Shown here: piece by piece, positions 12,416-25,499 of the stretch
Layout of the letters: the number at the start of each line of letters is the position of its first letter
Numbering within the stretch: position 1 is the first letter of the stretch
DNA from: Octopus vulgaris
Taxonomy: Eukaryota
DNA length: 64,000 bases
Reading direction: 5' to 3'
Assembly (NCBI GenBank): GCA_951406725.2
Contig: OX597822.1
Location: forward strand, 88,970,001-89,034,000
Notes under the pieces: generated by a model
Seen by the model: only the letters and a program-made list of their open reading frames with translations
Told to the model about the DNA's origin: nothing
Databases searched by the model: none
Program-made: the position numbers and the translations under genes

Positions 12416-12490
12416 GTTGATTTGCTCGATTAAAGGCGGTGCTCCAACATGGCTGCAGTCTAATGACTGAACCAAGTAAAAGAGTGTAAT
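12414..12490 (+). mobile_element. 3' tail of the abundant tRNA-derived SINE family
   Basis: gggttgatttgctcgattaaaggcggtgctccaacatggctgcagtctaatgactgaaccaagtaaaagag matches the tail of the copy at 45397-45918. Confidence 0.8.
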
Positions 12491-12503
12491 ATATATATTA
12501 TAC

Positions 12504-12552
<49 letters not shown>

Positions 12553-12834
12553 ATATACACACACATATATATGTGTGTGTGTGTGTGTGTAATATATATA
12601 TATATATATGTATATGTATAATATATAAATAGATGTGTGTATTTTTCCCTTGTTTACAATTAACATGGAAAAAATAGATAAATAGTTACCAGGGTAGCAA
12701 AAAATCACACAAGTAAAAAGGATGTAACTCCTTGTTTTTAAAGGTTGAAACTCTGGGTTTACGTGAAATATTTTGTATAATATATATAAATAAATAAATG
12801 GAGTTAAACGCAGGTGTTATTCAAATTCTTTTAC

Positions 12835-12919
12835 TTCCGACACATGTTTTGAAGATATCACTGGTATTATTCCAAAGGAATAAAATGGTGTAAAACAATG
12901 TAATCTTCTCTTCAGGGAA
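12835..12919 (-). ncRNA. Type I hammerhead ribozyme motif (G12 mutated to A)
   Basis: ttcc CTGAAGA gaagat-(~45 nt)-atcttc AAAAC atgt GTC ggaa. Stems I, II and III all pair; one core mutation. Confidence 0.7.
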
Positions 12920-14031
12920 ATGAAGAAATAAAACTTGTCAATAAGACATTTTAACAGAATATGATGGAAATGTGAAGTGATGAACTGAATGTTATTAAGT
13001 TTTTTTAAAAAAAATGTTAGAGGATATAACATCAAAGGTAGCCTCTTTCTACAGAGTGGACTTGCACTGAAAGGTGTTGCTATAGCAACCAGCTAGCTTC
13101 CTGTAACTCTCTTCTGTTGCTGATCTTAGGTTTCTTTTGGTGTATGAGGATGGCTTCGGAGATTCTAAGGTTGCCCTTGTTCTACTGTGTTGTCCTGATG
13201 TGCACTGTGAATTACCGGGTCTGGCATCTCCGTAGATGTTTCTTCATGTAATTGTCTGCCTGCATGTGTTCCTTAATGCATATATGCAGTTTTCTTGTTG
13301 TGCTTCCTATGTAGGATGCCCCACATTTGCCACAGATGATCTCTGTTAACTATGGATTGTTTGACTCTAGCTAGTTTGGTGTTGAGTTTGGGGTCGTGAG
13401 GGGGAGGGTAGAGTTGGTTATCATGGTGGTAGACAGGGAATTTAAGTGTAGAGGAGTGAGAGGAGGAGATTGAAGAAGAAGAAAGAGATGACGGTGATGA
13501 TGAGGAAGATGGTGAAGACGACGATGAGGAAGATGTAAGAGGGGAGGAGGAGGAAGTAGGAGGAAAAGGGATAGATGATGATGATGACACAGATGAAGAT
13601 GGTAAAGGTAGTGATGGAGAAGATGTAGAAGATGTAGATGAAGGTGAGGGTAATATCAGGGATTATGTCAGCAGTGAAGATATTGGCAGCAATGATGATG
13701 AAGACAAAGGTGATGGTGGGGAGAGGGGGTTTAAGGGCCATAGTCCATTTTAGTTGGTAAGCTGTCCGAAAGAAGTTGGTCTCTATCTTCAGTTTCAATT
13801 TGGCATTGAGTTGTGGTAGAATGAATTTGGGTCTGTAGCTTAGCAGTTGTTTCTCTGCCTGTGCGAGGGAACAAGAAAGGTCTGTAACCAGGGTATTGTT
13901 AGTAGTGGCCTTGGTAGGTATGGATGTATTAAGTGATGGTGGGGCCCTGTGGGTGGTGGTAGTAGGGTGCATAGAGTTTGGTGGCTGGTCAGTCATTGCT
14001 ATGGCTGTTGTGTTGGTGGTTGTTGAACTAT

Positions 14032-14261
14032 TTAACCCTTTAGTGTTCACATTATTCTGCTAAAATTAATGCTTCTTCATCTACAGTGTTTTGAATTAAT
14101 CATTCATTAATCTTGTAGCTATGAGATTTTGATGAGGTAGCTGTTAATTTTTAAAACAATATTGTAGGGTTGATCTGAGAGACCAGATCTGGCCAGTTTG
14201 AACATAAAACAGGCAGAATACTTTTGGCCGGATATGGCCGGTTTAAATGCTAAAGGGTTAA
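14032..14261. mobile_element. piggyBac-type MITE (TTAA TSD), family A, inserted in the Penelope remnant
   Basis: TTAA-CCCTTTAG...CTAAAGGG-TTAA; homologous to 56203-56426. Confidence 0.8.
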
Positions 14262-14428
14262 ACTTATATTTTTGTTGGTCAGTGTGAAGTATATTGTTGT
14301 TGGGATGGTGATAGTAAATGTTGTTGGTTAGTTGAGTTAGCAGTAGAATTTAATCTGTTTGCATTGTTCTGGCCTCACCAACGATCCTTTATACAATATA
14401 TTCTACACAATGCTTCATAGTAATTGTT

Positions 14429-14462
<34 letters not shown>

Positions 14463-14477
14463 GTGTGTATATATATT

Positions 14478-15190
14478 TATTCTTTAATTGTTTCAGTCAC
14501 TTGACTGTGGCCATGCTGGAGCACCGCCTTTAGTTGATCAAATCGATCTGAGGACTTCTTTGTGAGCCTAGTACTTATTCTATCGGTCTCTTTTGCTGAA
14601 CCACTAAGTTACGGGGACTTAAACACACCAGAGATGTTGTGGGGGTGGGACAAACACACACAAACATACACACATATATATCATCATCATCATCGTTTAA
14701 CATCCGCTTTCCATGCTAGCATGGGTTGGATGATTTGACTGAGGTCTGGCGAACCAGATGGCTGCACTAGACTCCAATCTGATCTGGCAGAGTTTCTACA
14801 GCTGGATGCCCTTCCTAATGCCAACCACTCTGAGAGTGTAGAAGGTGCTTTTACGTGCCACCGGCACGAAGGCCAGTCAGGCAGTACTGGCAGCGGCCAT
14901 GTTCAAATGGTGCATTTTATGTGCCACCTGCCCAGGAGCCAGTGCAGCGGCACTGGCAACAACCTTGCTCGAATGCTTTTTCATGTGCCACCAGCACATA
15001 CATATATATACACACACACACGCATGTACATACACACACACATATCCGACCGGCTTCTTTCACTCACAGGGCTTTGGCCGGCCCGAGACTATAGTAGAAG
15101 ACACTTACACAAGGTGTCACACAGTGGGACTGGATCCAGAACCATGTGGTTGGTAAGCAAGCTACTTACCACACAGCCACTCTTGTGCCT
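14478..15190 (-). mobile_element. tRNA-derived SINE interrupted by an RTE tail (14681-14998)
   Basis: Tail 14478-14680 and head 15045-15190 (rc: gagtggctgtgtggtaagtagcttgcttaccaaccacatggttc), with the (cat)n-ended RTE tail nested in the CA tract. Confidence 0.8.
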
Positions 15191-15199
15191 ACGTATAAT

Positions 15200-15344
15200 A
15201 GATATATGTATGAGATATATATATATGTATGAGATATATATATATGTATGAGATATATATATATATGTATGAGATATATATATGTATAAGATATATATAT
15301 ATATGTATGAGATATATATATATGTATGAGATATATATATGTAT

Positions 15345-15380
<36 letters not shown>

Positions 15381-15390
15381 AGATATATAT
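15200..15390. repeat. Minisatellite gatatatata(ta)ntgtatga
   Basis: Direct reading. Confidence 0.9.
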
Positions 15391-15394
15391 GTCT

Positions 15395-16693
15395 TGCAAA
15401 CAAGATGGCTGCACCAGGCTCCAATCTGATCTGGCAGAGTTTCTAACCACTCTAAAAGTGTAGTGGGTGCTTTTATGTGCCACCAGCACGAGGGCTAGAT
15501 AGGCGGTACTGGCAACGGCTACACTCAGATGGTGTTTTTACGTGCCACCTACACAGGAGCCAATCCAGCGGCACTGGCAACGACCTCACTTGAATGTTTT
15601 TCACGTGCCAGTAAGGCGACACTGGTAAGGATCATGATTGAATGGAGCTTTTTACATGCCACCGGCACAGAAGCCAGTTAGCTGCTCTAGCAACGATCAC
15701 ACTCGGATGATGCTCTTTGCGCTCCACTAGCATGAATGCCAGTCATCGAATTTGATTTCAATTTCACTTGCTTCAACAGGTCTTCGCAAGAGTTTAGTGT
15801 CCAATGAAGGAAAGGTATGCATAAGTGGTCTGGTTACACCCCTGGCATAGGCCACGAGGTTATGGTCTCACTTGGTTTACTGGGTCTTCTCAAGCACAGC
15901 ATATTTCCAAAGGTCTTGGTCACTAGTCATTGCCTAGGTGAGGCCTAGTGTTCAAAGGTCATGCTTCACCACCTCATCCTAGGTCTTTGTGGGTCTACCT
16001 CTTCTGCAGGTTCTTTCAACCGCTAGGGTGTGGCACTTTTTCACACAGCTATTCTCATCCATTCTTGCCACATGACCATACTAGCGCAGTCATCTCTCTC
16101 TTGCACACCACAACTGATGCTTCTTAGGTCCAACTTTTCTCTCAAGGTACTTATACTCTGTCGTGTATGCACACTGACATTACACATCCATCGAAGCATA
16201 ATGGCTTCATTCCTTACGAGCTTACGCATGTCCTCAGCAGTCATGGTCCGTGTTTCACTTCCATGTAGTATAGCTGTTCGTACACATGCGTTATACAGTC
16301 TACCTTTTACTCTGAGTCAGAGGCCCTTTGTCACCAGCGGAGGTAAGAGCTCTCTGAACTTTGCCCAGGCTATTCTTATTCTAGCAGTTACACTTTCAGT
16401 GCACTTTCCTCCACTACTGACTTGGTCACCTGGTATTTATTGCTCCACATACAAAAACTATCTTCCCAGTTAGCCTTCCTTTGATATTTTTGCACCTCTT
16501 ATGTGTCCATAGCTTACACTGGGTATGTCTCATAGAGTTTCTACCTACGCCTTTTCTACAGATCAAGCAGGGCCATCTACTTGAAGGGATTTGTTGTTTG
16601 CCTCCCGTCCTACTTATTAGGACTTTGGTTTTTTAGCTAGGTTGACTCTAAGGCCCTTCAACTCTAATCCTTGTTTCCACATCTGAAACTTCT

Positions 16694-16697
<4 letters not shown>
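15395..16697 (-). mobile_element. RTE LINE 3' portion (RT C-terminus plus repeat-containing 3' UTR)
   Basis: LYNACVRTAILHGSET..MTAEDMRKLVRNEAIMLRWMCNVS...GHVARMDE...RGRP.KT, followed by the gtgcttttacgtgccacc-repeat UTR. Confidence 0.85.
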
Positions 16698-16736
<39 letters not shown>

Positions 16737-17685
16737 TTTTTGCAGAGAAATGGATAGATAAGGTCATAGAGGTTGTCAGGGTATGTGATAGTGTGCTTAA
16801 GCTCAGGCTAGTCCTGCAGAAAAATATAGCAACAATTATCTCTGCCTACGCCCCACAAGTGTGCCTACCAAATGATCAGAAGGACCATTTTTATGATAAC
16901 CTTTTACAGGCTATCTCAAAGACAAATGGCAATGACCTCATCGTTGTGGCTGGAGATTTTAATGGGCATGCTGGATGGCAATCTGATATCTTCACTGGTG
17001 TACATGGGGGCCATGGTATTGGTTCCCGAAATGAAGAGGGAACTAGGCTACTAAAGTTCTGTGATGCATGTAACCTTTTAATCTGCAGCACTAACTTCAG
17101 GAAGCTAGACAGCCACCTGATAACCTATCGCTCAGGTGACTCTACTAGCTAGATTGAGTTCATCCTCACCAGACAGTGGAATGCAGGGTTGCTCTTAAAA
17201 ACAAAGACCCTCCCAGGTGAAAAATGCACCCTGCAGCATAGACTAGTCATTAATGACTTTAGACTCGAGGCCAGAATGATGCCAAGAAGCAGACCAATCC
17301 AGTAAAGAAGGATTTGGAAGCTAAAGAACCATTCACATAGTCAGAGATTTAGGGAAATCCTCATAAAGAAATTTGATGAGAGGCAGGAGGAGTTACAGAC
17401 CTTGGACATAGAGGGTAGCTGGAAATTCTTACTTGACAGCTTACTGAGTGCCACAGACCAAGTCTGCAGATGGTGCACATTCTCTTCCAGACCTAGATTA
17501 ATGTGGTAGTGGAGCAATATGGTAGACAAAGCCATATTAGAGCAAAGAAACAGGACTGGAAAACCTGGAAGTGTGAGGGTAGCAGGGAAATGTACCAGAT
17601 AGTCAGAAGGGAGGCTGGGCAACAGGTATACATAGCCAAGGGAGAAGCAGAAAAGAAATTTGCCAATGTCCAGTGACGTGAGGAC
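16737..17685 (+). mobile_element. RTE LINE apurinic-endonuclease region, degenerate
   Basis: ISAYAPQ...VAGDFNGHAG...HGGHGIGSRNEEGTRLLKFC...ITYRSG. Confidence 0.85.
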
Positions 17686-18972
17686 TAATATATGTGTGTA
17701 TATATGTATATATGTATCCCTATACAGCCTATTTTTGGTAAGAGAATATCCCTATATAGCCTGCAAGATCTAGTCTATGCGTCTATTTTGACTTCAAGTT
17801 TGAAGGATTTTGACATGCCTTCTAGAAGAAGCAGTGAAATCTCTTTCAAATTCTACCTTATTGTCTTCATAAAGGAAGGTTACTTGGATTTATGTAGTCT
17901 TAGGTATTTATGAAATTATGATATGTGTGTAGCTGAAATTTCTTTTGTTCATCTTTTTATGATTTGTGTCTAAACAACAGCAAGGGACTGGTGTTTGGTT
18001 TAAATAAAAAATTATTAGGCACAAATTCAAGTCGAACTATTTCAGTATGGATAGTATGCTGCCAAGAAGTTTGTGAAAATGATTTATGTTACTTTATACT
18101 CCATGTACACAACCAACTTATCATTACTATCATACAGATAATTGATATAGTATTCAGAATCATTATAGTATATAGTATGTCCAGATCATGCCTTTTACTA
18201 TTCATTTCTCCAGGAATCATGTAATTAATCTTTTCCTCAATCTAATTTATCTTGTGCTGCAAATTTGTAATAATTATTTGACCTCAGTTTTCAATTATCT
18301 ACTTTGTGGCTATGAAAAACGAAGCTTTATATTTTCCAATGTTTGTCTGTGTAGTCTTGTATTTGAAATTCCATTATAATTTATTGCTGGATAGTTTATA
18401 GTTTGTGAGATTTTGAAATGCACTACTTGTTTTGTAGTTTAAACATTTATGAAATCGTAACTAGGTATAAATGGAATATAAAACTGTTTTAGTTTCTGTC
18501 TGCAGTATACATTCCTGATAAGTTTTTGTACCTAAACCCATATAATTATTTGCAGCAACAAAAATGCTTAGAGTAATTTGAACTTAAAGTTAGTTGGGAC
18601 ACCTGCCAAAGTCATAATCAGTAAGGGAACTTAATAGCCCAATAATTAATGCTTGCCCATTTGGCAATTAAATATTTTAGATTATACTTCTTACTTGCTC
18701 TTGTTTTCGTGTTTTGTGAAAACCTACTTGTTAGGTATTGGAAATTGTTGACATTAGCCTTGATTTTCTAAAAACCACAAGTACATGTACATAATTAAAC
18801 AATTATTCTATTATGGTTTTTACCAGAAAGGATTAATTTGCTGTGTAGATTACTTAAATTGTTTGTGAATGAAGTTTTTTTTATTGCTTGTTTGTGCATT
18901 GTTTTATTTTTTAATTGTATTTATTTATTTATTAATCATGCTTAATTTTTTTTTTCTGAAATTATTTTTCAG

Positions 18973-19051
18973 CTAAACCCTGATGTGAATGCCTTTCAGC
19001 GCAAATTTGTAAATGAAGTTCGCAGATGTGAAGAGATGGAAAGGAAACTTC
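18973..19051 (+). CDS. ATP6V0A1: V0 subunit a, coding exon 2
   Basis: tttttcag|[26 protein letters not shown]+c|gtaagt; 79 nt. Confidence 0.96.
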
Positions 19052-20179
19052 GTAAGTGGGATTTTCATTTACATTTTCACCAATCCTTTTGCGAGAATTT
19101 CCAAAGTGTTATTTCATTAAAGAAAAAGTAATATGATCTTTCTTGAGTTAGCACAAAGATATTTAATTGGCCTGAGTAGTTGCTTTGTGATGTATTTATT
19201 TACAACTACTTTTTTATTTATTTTTTTTGTATTAGAACTGTAACCTTTAATTCTATATTGATATTGATTTGTAAAATAAGTGTTCCAAGATGTATAGCCT
19301 GTAATACACATAAGTTTGTATGGATTTATGCTTAGTCTTATGCACAAATTTTTTTAATTGTAATGTAAAGGTATGATTCTCAGTTTGCCTTTTGTTTGGC
19401 AATTGGGCTATCTAGAAAGTTGGGAACTTCGAATAAACCTAACAGATGTGGACTTCACAAGCCACAGTAATGCCAACTTGTTTAAGAGAGCAGTAATTCC
19501 AAATATAAAGTGATATAGGTTAAAGGAGGAGACTTTAGCTGTGACAGGCAGTCTCTCATGTATTCTTTCCATTGTTAGTTTTAGCAAGTCAAGGGACCAT
19601 TTAGAGGCTGTCTCAATGGCTCCTCATATAGTGATGTTAAACTAGGTGATGTGGTAGGCTGGCCACTGAAAATGTAGTCCTAGTCACCACCACCTCCACT
19701 TCCAGTTGCTAACCACTGTCATGAAGTGGAGCCAGTATTCTGGTACCATCACTGAAACTTCATTTGTATATTTAGCGTCACTTCCACTTTTTGTTTACTG
19801 AAGATTATTTGTAAATTACTAACAAATTAAAATTGTTTTCCATTGGAATAGATAACTGAAAAACATTTAGATAGTTATTCATGCTGTTTTCATCACCATC
19901 ACCATCATCATTAGTTTAAATCCATTTTTCCATGCTTTCATGTGTCAAATAGAATTTGTTGAGATAGATTTCTTGTAGCCAGATGCCCTTACTGTTGCCA
20001 ACCCTCACTTGTTTCCAAGCAAAGTAATATTTCCTTATGGCCAGACAATGTTTTGTAAAAAACTGGAAATGAACATTGCTTGTATGACATGCATTCTAAC
20101 AACCATCACATGATGTCAAGTCATGGCTGACACACAAACATGCATGTGCATACACACATACACACACATACAACAACAA

Positions 20180-22978
20180 TGTCTGAAACTGGAGAATCTC
20201 CAATAAAAAAGAAAAACAAAAGATATTACCATCATGTATGCTGAGGAAAAATAAGAAAATAAATCGAAAATGCTTTTGCTCAAAAGATGCCAATCATTTC
20301 ACCTAAAAGGAAGGTCGGTGAATAATCAAAAGTGATATAAACAAATAGTTAAAAGAAAAATTCACAACAACAGAAAAAAGATCAGAAAAACTGCAACTTT
20401 TAACAATTCTGCTAAAAAGTCGGTCTCTGAGAAAAATCCCAAAGGAGTTCAATGTGCCTGATTACATGGCTAGACAAGCTAAAAGGCTGGTCAGTGAGCA
20501 AGGGATTTTATCACATCCTAGCCATAGAAAAAGCAGATTTCCTCTAGACACTGCCAGTTGTGTTTCTCAGTTATATAAAGATGAAGTAAGGAGAGTTATG
20601 CCTGGAAAAAGGCATTGCAAATTAGTGAAAAAAGATAGTAAAAGTGTTTGTGAGCAAAAGTACCCCACACTTTGTAACTTAAAAGAAGCCTTCCAGTTGT
20701 CTAAATCAAAAAGTCCTGAAATCAAAATTAGTTTCTCAAAATTTGCAGAATTAAGGCCAAAAGAATGCATACTTGCAGGTAATACTGGTACACATAATAT
20801 ATGTGTATGCACCATGCATCAGAATGTCAAACATTTCTGGCATGAAACTATCTGATTTAACCATGGGTATGAAGTTTCACATGATTGATTAGAAACAATG
20901 TTTGGAATCAATTACTTACAATCCAACAACAAATGACTGCTACATGGGCAACTGTTCAAATTGTAATTCTTTGCTAGAAGTGCTTGAAATATTCTTATAT
21001 GAAATATTTAATGTGAATATGATTGAAGTACAGCATAAGCAATGGCTAACAACAGACAGAATAATCCGAGAAAATATATCAAAATCTACAGATGATCTTG
21101 TTGAAATTTTCTGTCAAAAAGGCATTTAAAGTACATGAAAGTTCCTTTCAATACAAAGGAACAGTCTAAATTTTGTACTTCAAGAAAAGAATTTTTAAGT
21201 GATGGAGAAATCCTAGTCATAGCAAGTTGCTGTACAAGGATTTTATTGGAACAATGCCCAAGCTACTATCCATCCATTTGTCTGTTATAAACCAAACAAT
21301 GATGTGACTAACATCAATGTTGTTATAAGATCTGACTGTATGAAGCATGATACAGTAGCATTCCATCCCTTCCATAAAAAGCTGACAGATTTTCTTTGGG
21401 GCAAAGCTTTTAATATCAACAAAATTATCTATTTTTCAGATGGTTCTGTTTCATAATATAAAAACTGTACAAATTTTATAAATTTATGCTACCATTCTAT
21501 AGATTTCCAAACTGATACATAGTGGCACTTCTTTTCTACTTCTCATGTCAAGGGACCTTATGATGGCTTAGGTGGTACAATTAAACAAATGGCAGCTCGG
21601 GCAAGTTTACAATGCCCTCTCAATGAACAAATCATGACTCCAAGATAACTTTATAATTATGGTCAGCAAAACATTCCTGGAATTAATTTTATCTGCTCTT
21701 CAAATGATGAAATGCAGAATGAGGAAAATCTGTTGATAGATTTAGAAATGCAAGGACAATTCCAGGGACATAAAAGTTGCATTGCTTTATCCCAAACTCA
21801 CCTTCAGAAATTAAGGTAAAAATGATGTCTACAGTAGATAATTATACTAAGATTAGAATCTCCATGCAAGATGCTATTCAATTTGAGGATATAAAAGGGT
21901 TTGTAGCTGCAATTTATGATGGTGACTGGTTAGCCTGTGTTCTAGAAACAAACCCAGAAACTATGCAAGTAAAACTCACCTTTCTTGAACCTAAAGGACC
22001 CTCATCATCATTTCAGTATCCTAGAAAGTCAAATATTTTAACAGTGGGTAATTTAGACAGACTTTGTAAATAGGACCCCAGAACTGCTTCAGGAAGAACA
22101 TACTTTGACAGAAAAAGAAATGAAAAATGCATCACAATTATTAATTTCAAGAAAATTGTCTCATTAAATTTTGAAGATTCCAGAATTTCATTTAAGAAGT
22201 ACCTAATCATTTAAAGCAAGGCTAGGGTGGGAGTTTGGTAAATGTGACTTTATCTGCTAAGCTATCAGACCCCATAGGCGATGGGGATGCCAACAATTTG
22301 TATCATGATTCTAAGTGTTGGCAGTGGCATTGCCACCATTGACCATAGCAGAGTTGAAAAGTAGTTACAATTAAAGTAGACGTTATTTTTGAAACAATAA
22401 AAATGCTTATTTTGATTATCAGCACTTTTTCTCCTTTAAGGTCAAGTTGTCTTAGTAAGCAATTTTTGATATTTTGTCACTACTTTTCACTATAATTATA
22501 TTTACTAAAAATACTTCTCATTGAGATCCAGTTATGAATTTTTGTATGTGAGTTGTGACTAAGTAGGGCAATATTTGGACAAAATTTCAAAAAAATTGAT
22601 AACTGCATCTTTTGACCTATGAAAGGTCAAATGTCAAATTTTAGGTCAACTTTTTAATTTTTATTGTAAGGAAAAAATACACAAAGCAGAAGTCATAGAT
22701 TTATTTAAGTGCTTTAAAATAGAAAAAAAATTGAGCTTTCTAGCTCAAATAGTAGCTGAGATATGACTTTTCAAAGTTATCGAGTAACCGAAAAAATGTC
22801 ACTTTTTTGAAAATTCCAAATAGTCATAACTCAGCAAATATTAAAGTCAAGTAAAAAAAATATTTCATATTTAAGGGTTTCATATGAAGGCCATTTAGCA
22901 TGCAAAGTTTGAAAGAAATTGGTTTCAGTCACCTTCAATTTTTTAAAAAACGGCATTGATTTCATACAGAATTATCCC
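20180..22978 (+). mobile_element. Degenerate DNA transposon, Sola2-like DDD transposase with 3' terminus
   Basis: KISFSKFAELRPKEC...HNICVCTMHQN; IYFSDGS..YKN..NFINLCYH; HFFSTSHVKGPYDGLGGTIK; ends ...gatttcatacagaattatccc (GGG terminus on the opposite strand). Superfamily assignment is from motif memory. Confidence 0.6.
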
Positions 22979-23809
22979 AACACCATGAAAATCATCATCG
23001 TTATGCTTGATTTATTATGTTTGCATGATGACTTGTTACCATTCTTCTGAATCTTGTTTTATTTTCTTTGTGAGACTCAACACTTTTACCTAAAATCTTA
23101 CCAAGTCAGTGAGCAAATCTCTACATGGTCACCCAACTTGATAGAAATAGCAGACAAATCTCCCTCTAATCTCACCATAGGAAAAGAGAGAGGCATCGGA
23201 TAATGTAGTCTTGGATACACAATCCCTCAATATCACCCTAAGGAAGCAAAATGGCCATGGATAGAGTGTCTATGATTATTAGTTTGCTCTTTCAGGGTTG
23301 ACTTGGATGAAAAAGCACATAACTTGTTTCCATGTCTTATATTAAAATACATTTGTAGTGAAAATATTTAAGTGTTTTGTTTGCTTGCAATGTTTGATTC
23401 CAGTTCTCCCATGGGCCAAGAGAAGGCCACAGTAAGCCACTTCATTGTATTGAGCTTTGGTTTATTAATAGGTATTAACCTAATATGTTATGGAAATGTT
23501 ACAAACATTTATTATGGTGCTTCTCAATCATTGATTCACCTTGATTCTAATAAGTGGATGTCAACTGTCTCAGTACCTATAATTTTCAAATATTCGCTCA
23601 AGGCCTGCAAGTATATATCTCATAGCAGGTGTTTTTTGTCTCTTGTTCAGTCACTTAATTCTACATACTTGATACTCATGGATACTCATGGATGGAAGAG
23701 TTGCAGTATTGGGCTGCTGAATCAGCACCCCTCTAATGTCAAACATACACAACTTTATAAAGTATGGTAGAGGTTAAAGAGACAGTTCTCTTTTTGTATA
23801 TTGATTTCT

Positions 23810-24457
23810 TTAACTCTTTCATTACCATATTTCTGTTAAAACACACTACTTTTATAGTAAAGATTGTTTGCCAACATAACATGGCAGTCCTGGTTTAGGA
23901 CGAATGTTGCTGTAATTTAGCCCCAGGAGACATCGTCTCCAGCTGGCTATACAACACGATCTGTGTCCTTATATATTCGAACAAGGGAATCTAGCACCCT
24001 CACTCAGCTCAAAACAATATATGTGTATTGTGATTTCTGGGTTATTTCCTTTCATCAGCACAGAAGAGTGGGGTACTAGATTCCCTTGTTCGAAAATATA
24101 AGGACACAGATCGTATTGTATAGCCAGCTGGAGACAATGTCTCCTGGGGCTAAATTACAGCAACATTCCTCCTAAACCAAGACTGCCATGCTATGTTAGC
24201 AACAAGTCTTTACTACAAAGTACTGTTGCTGAATATCTCATGTTGTGAGATTTAAAAATAGTAACACGCTACTTTTGTTTAAATTAATTTTGAAGAATTT
24301 AATAAAATGAAGAATTTAATAAAATAATTTTGTCATTATAAGATAGTGTTTGTAACATGAATTAATATGAAATTTTGATGGAAGGTTTAATTTAAAAACA
24401 GGGTTAAATCATAAAACCAAAGGTGGTCTCAGATGGGCTGGTACTAAAAGGGTTTAA
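23810..24457. mobile_element. TTAA-flanked MITE, family B, interrupted by a hairpin insertion
   Basis: ttaactctttc...aaaagggtttaa; homologous to 30765-30989 (inverted) and 42441-42650. Confidence 0.7.
23854..24262. mobile_element. Foldback insertion: ~150-bp inverted arms, 60-bp spacer, 14-bp target-site duplication
   Basis: Arms 23855-24005 and 24066-24215; flanking direct repeats aacacactactttt (23840-23853) and aacacgctactttt (24263-24276). Confidence 0.8.
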
Positions 24458-24542
24458 ACTTTGTTTTAAACTAATTTATTGACTTGTTAGAATAATATTT
24501 ATAAAGCACTTAAAAAGTTTACTTTTTGATATTTGTCTTCAG

Positions 24543-24640
24543 GTTTTCTCGAGAAAGAGATTAAAAAAGATGCAATTCCCATGCTTGATACAGGGGACAA
24601 TCCTGATGCACCAGTCCCCAGAGAGATGATTGATTTAGAG
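24543..24640 (+). CDS. ATP6V0A1: V0 subunit a, coding exon 3
   Basis: tcttcag|(R)FLEKEIKKDAIPMLDTGDNPDAPVPREMIDLE|gtaagt; 98 nt, restores phase 0. Confidence 0.96.
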
Positions 24641-24739
24641 GTAAGTATGACATTAAAAAAAACAAATATTGCTTTTAAGAGTTACTGTCATATGTAACAC
24701 TTAATGATTGTCTGAAACACCTGAATGATTTAGAGATAT

Positions 24740-25030
24740 AAATTTAGGTTGGTCATAAGCCTTAGGATTTATAAGTCCAGAGCTTAATCTGGTTAACATT
24801 GTGAATAAGTGACTGAGATTGCAACACTCCTCCTTGAAGAGGACACTTGTTTGTCACAGGGTTAATTTCACAGCTTTTGCTGAAATTCATATAGAGCTGA
24901 GTGGACTGGAGCAATGTGAAATGAAGTGATTGCTTAAGAACACAGTGCACCATCCAATCCAGAAATTGAAATCACAGTCTATTGTTAGTGAATGCAACTC
25001 TATAACCACTAGGCCACATACCTTCATGTG
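24740..25030 (-). mobile_element. Old tRNA-derived SINE (second family)
   Basis: rc: gaaggtatgtggcctagtggttatagagttgcattcac...tgcactgtgttcttaagcaatcacttca; similar + copy at 43525-43760. Confidence 0.55.
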
Positions 25031-25499
25031 ATAAATGCGATATTAAAAACAACAAAGAACAATGGTATTAAGTATTACACAATGCTTAATCTTTTTATGA
25101 AAGCACACACTTAATGAGTGAGTCTAAGGTAATTATCATTGTAAACTATTTCATTTTGTACCGCTGTATAACAGCTCTACCTAAAATACAGGAATTCCTT
25201 TCTTATGACAAATGACTTATACAAAATATTTGAACATCTTTATAGAATATCAATGATTGGAAAAAATCATCAGGGTAACATAGTGCATATGAAATATAAA
25301 TTTGGTAGGGTTTCATATTTGTAAAATAGTGAGTTAAAAAACTAATCAACTGCAATTGTCCAAGTTGACAGAATTTCCCTTAATGGTACTTAAAATCTAA
25401 AGATAGCTAAAAGATACATAGACAAACATTTTTATGCACCATAAACAAAACGGATTAGAGTGATTCTGGACTTCTAAGCCAACAGGTGAGAACAACAGA

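Larger units (their letters stand above)
12610..14430 (-). mobile_element. Penelope-like element lacking the RT core (N-terminal part, low-complexity tract, GIY-YIG endonuclease, terminal repeat)
   Basis: Minus strand: LLSYRPKFILP...IETNFFRTAYQLKW; ICGKCGASYIGSTTRKLHICIKEHM...NLRISEAILIHQKKPKISNR (~13090-13340); hammerhead at 12835-12919. Confidence 0.8.

Noticed and set aside
13450-13720. Acidic D/E-rich coding exon on the + strand
   Set aside because: Low-complexity tract embedded in a minus-strand Penelope remnant, with no consistent frame or splice sites.
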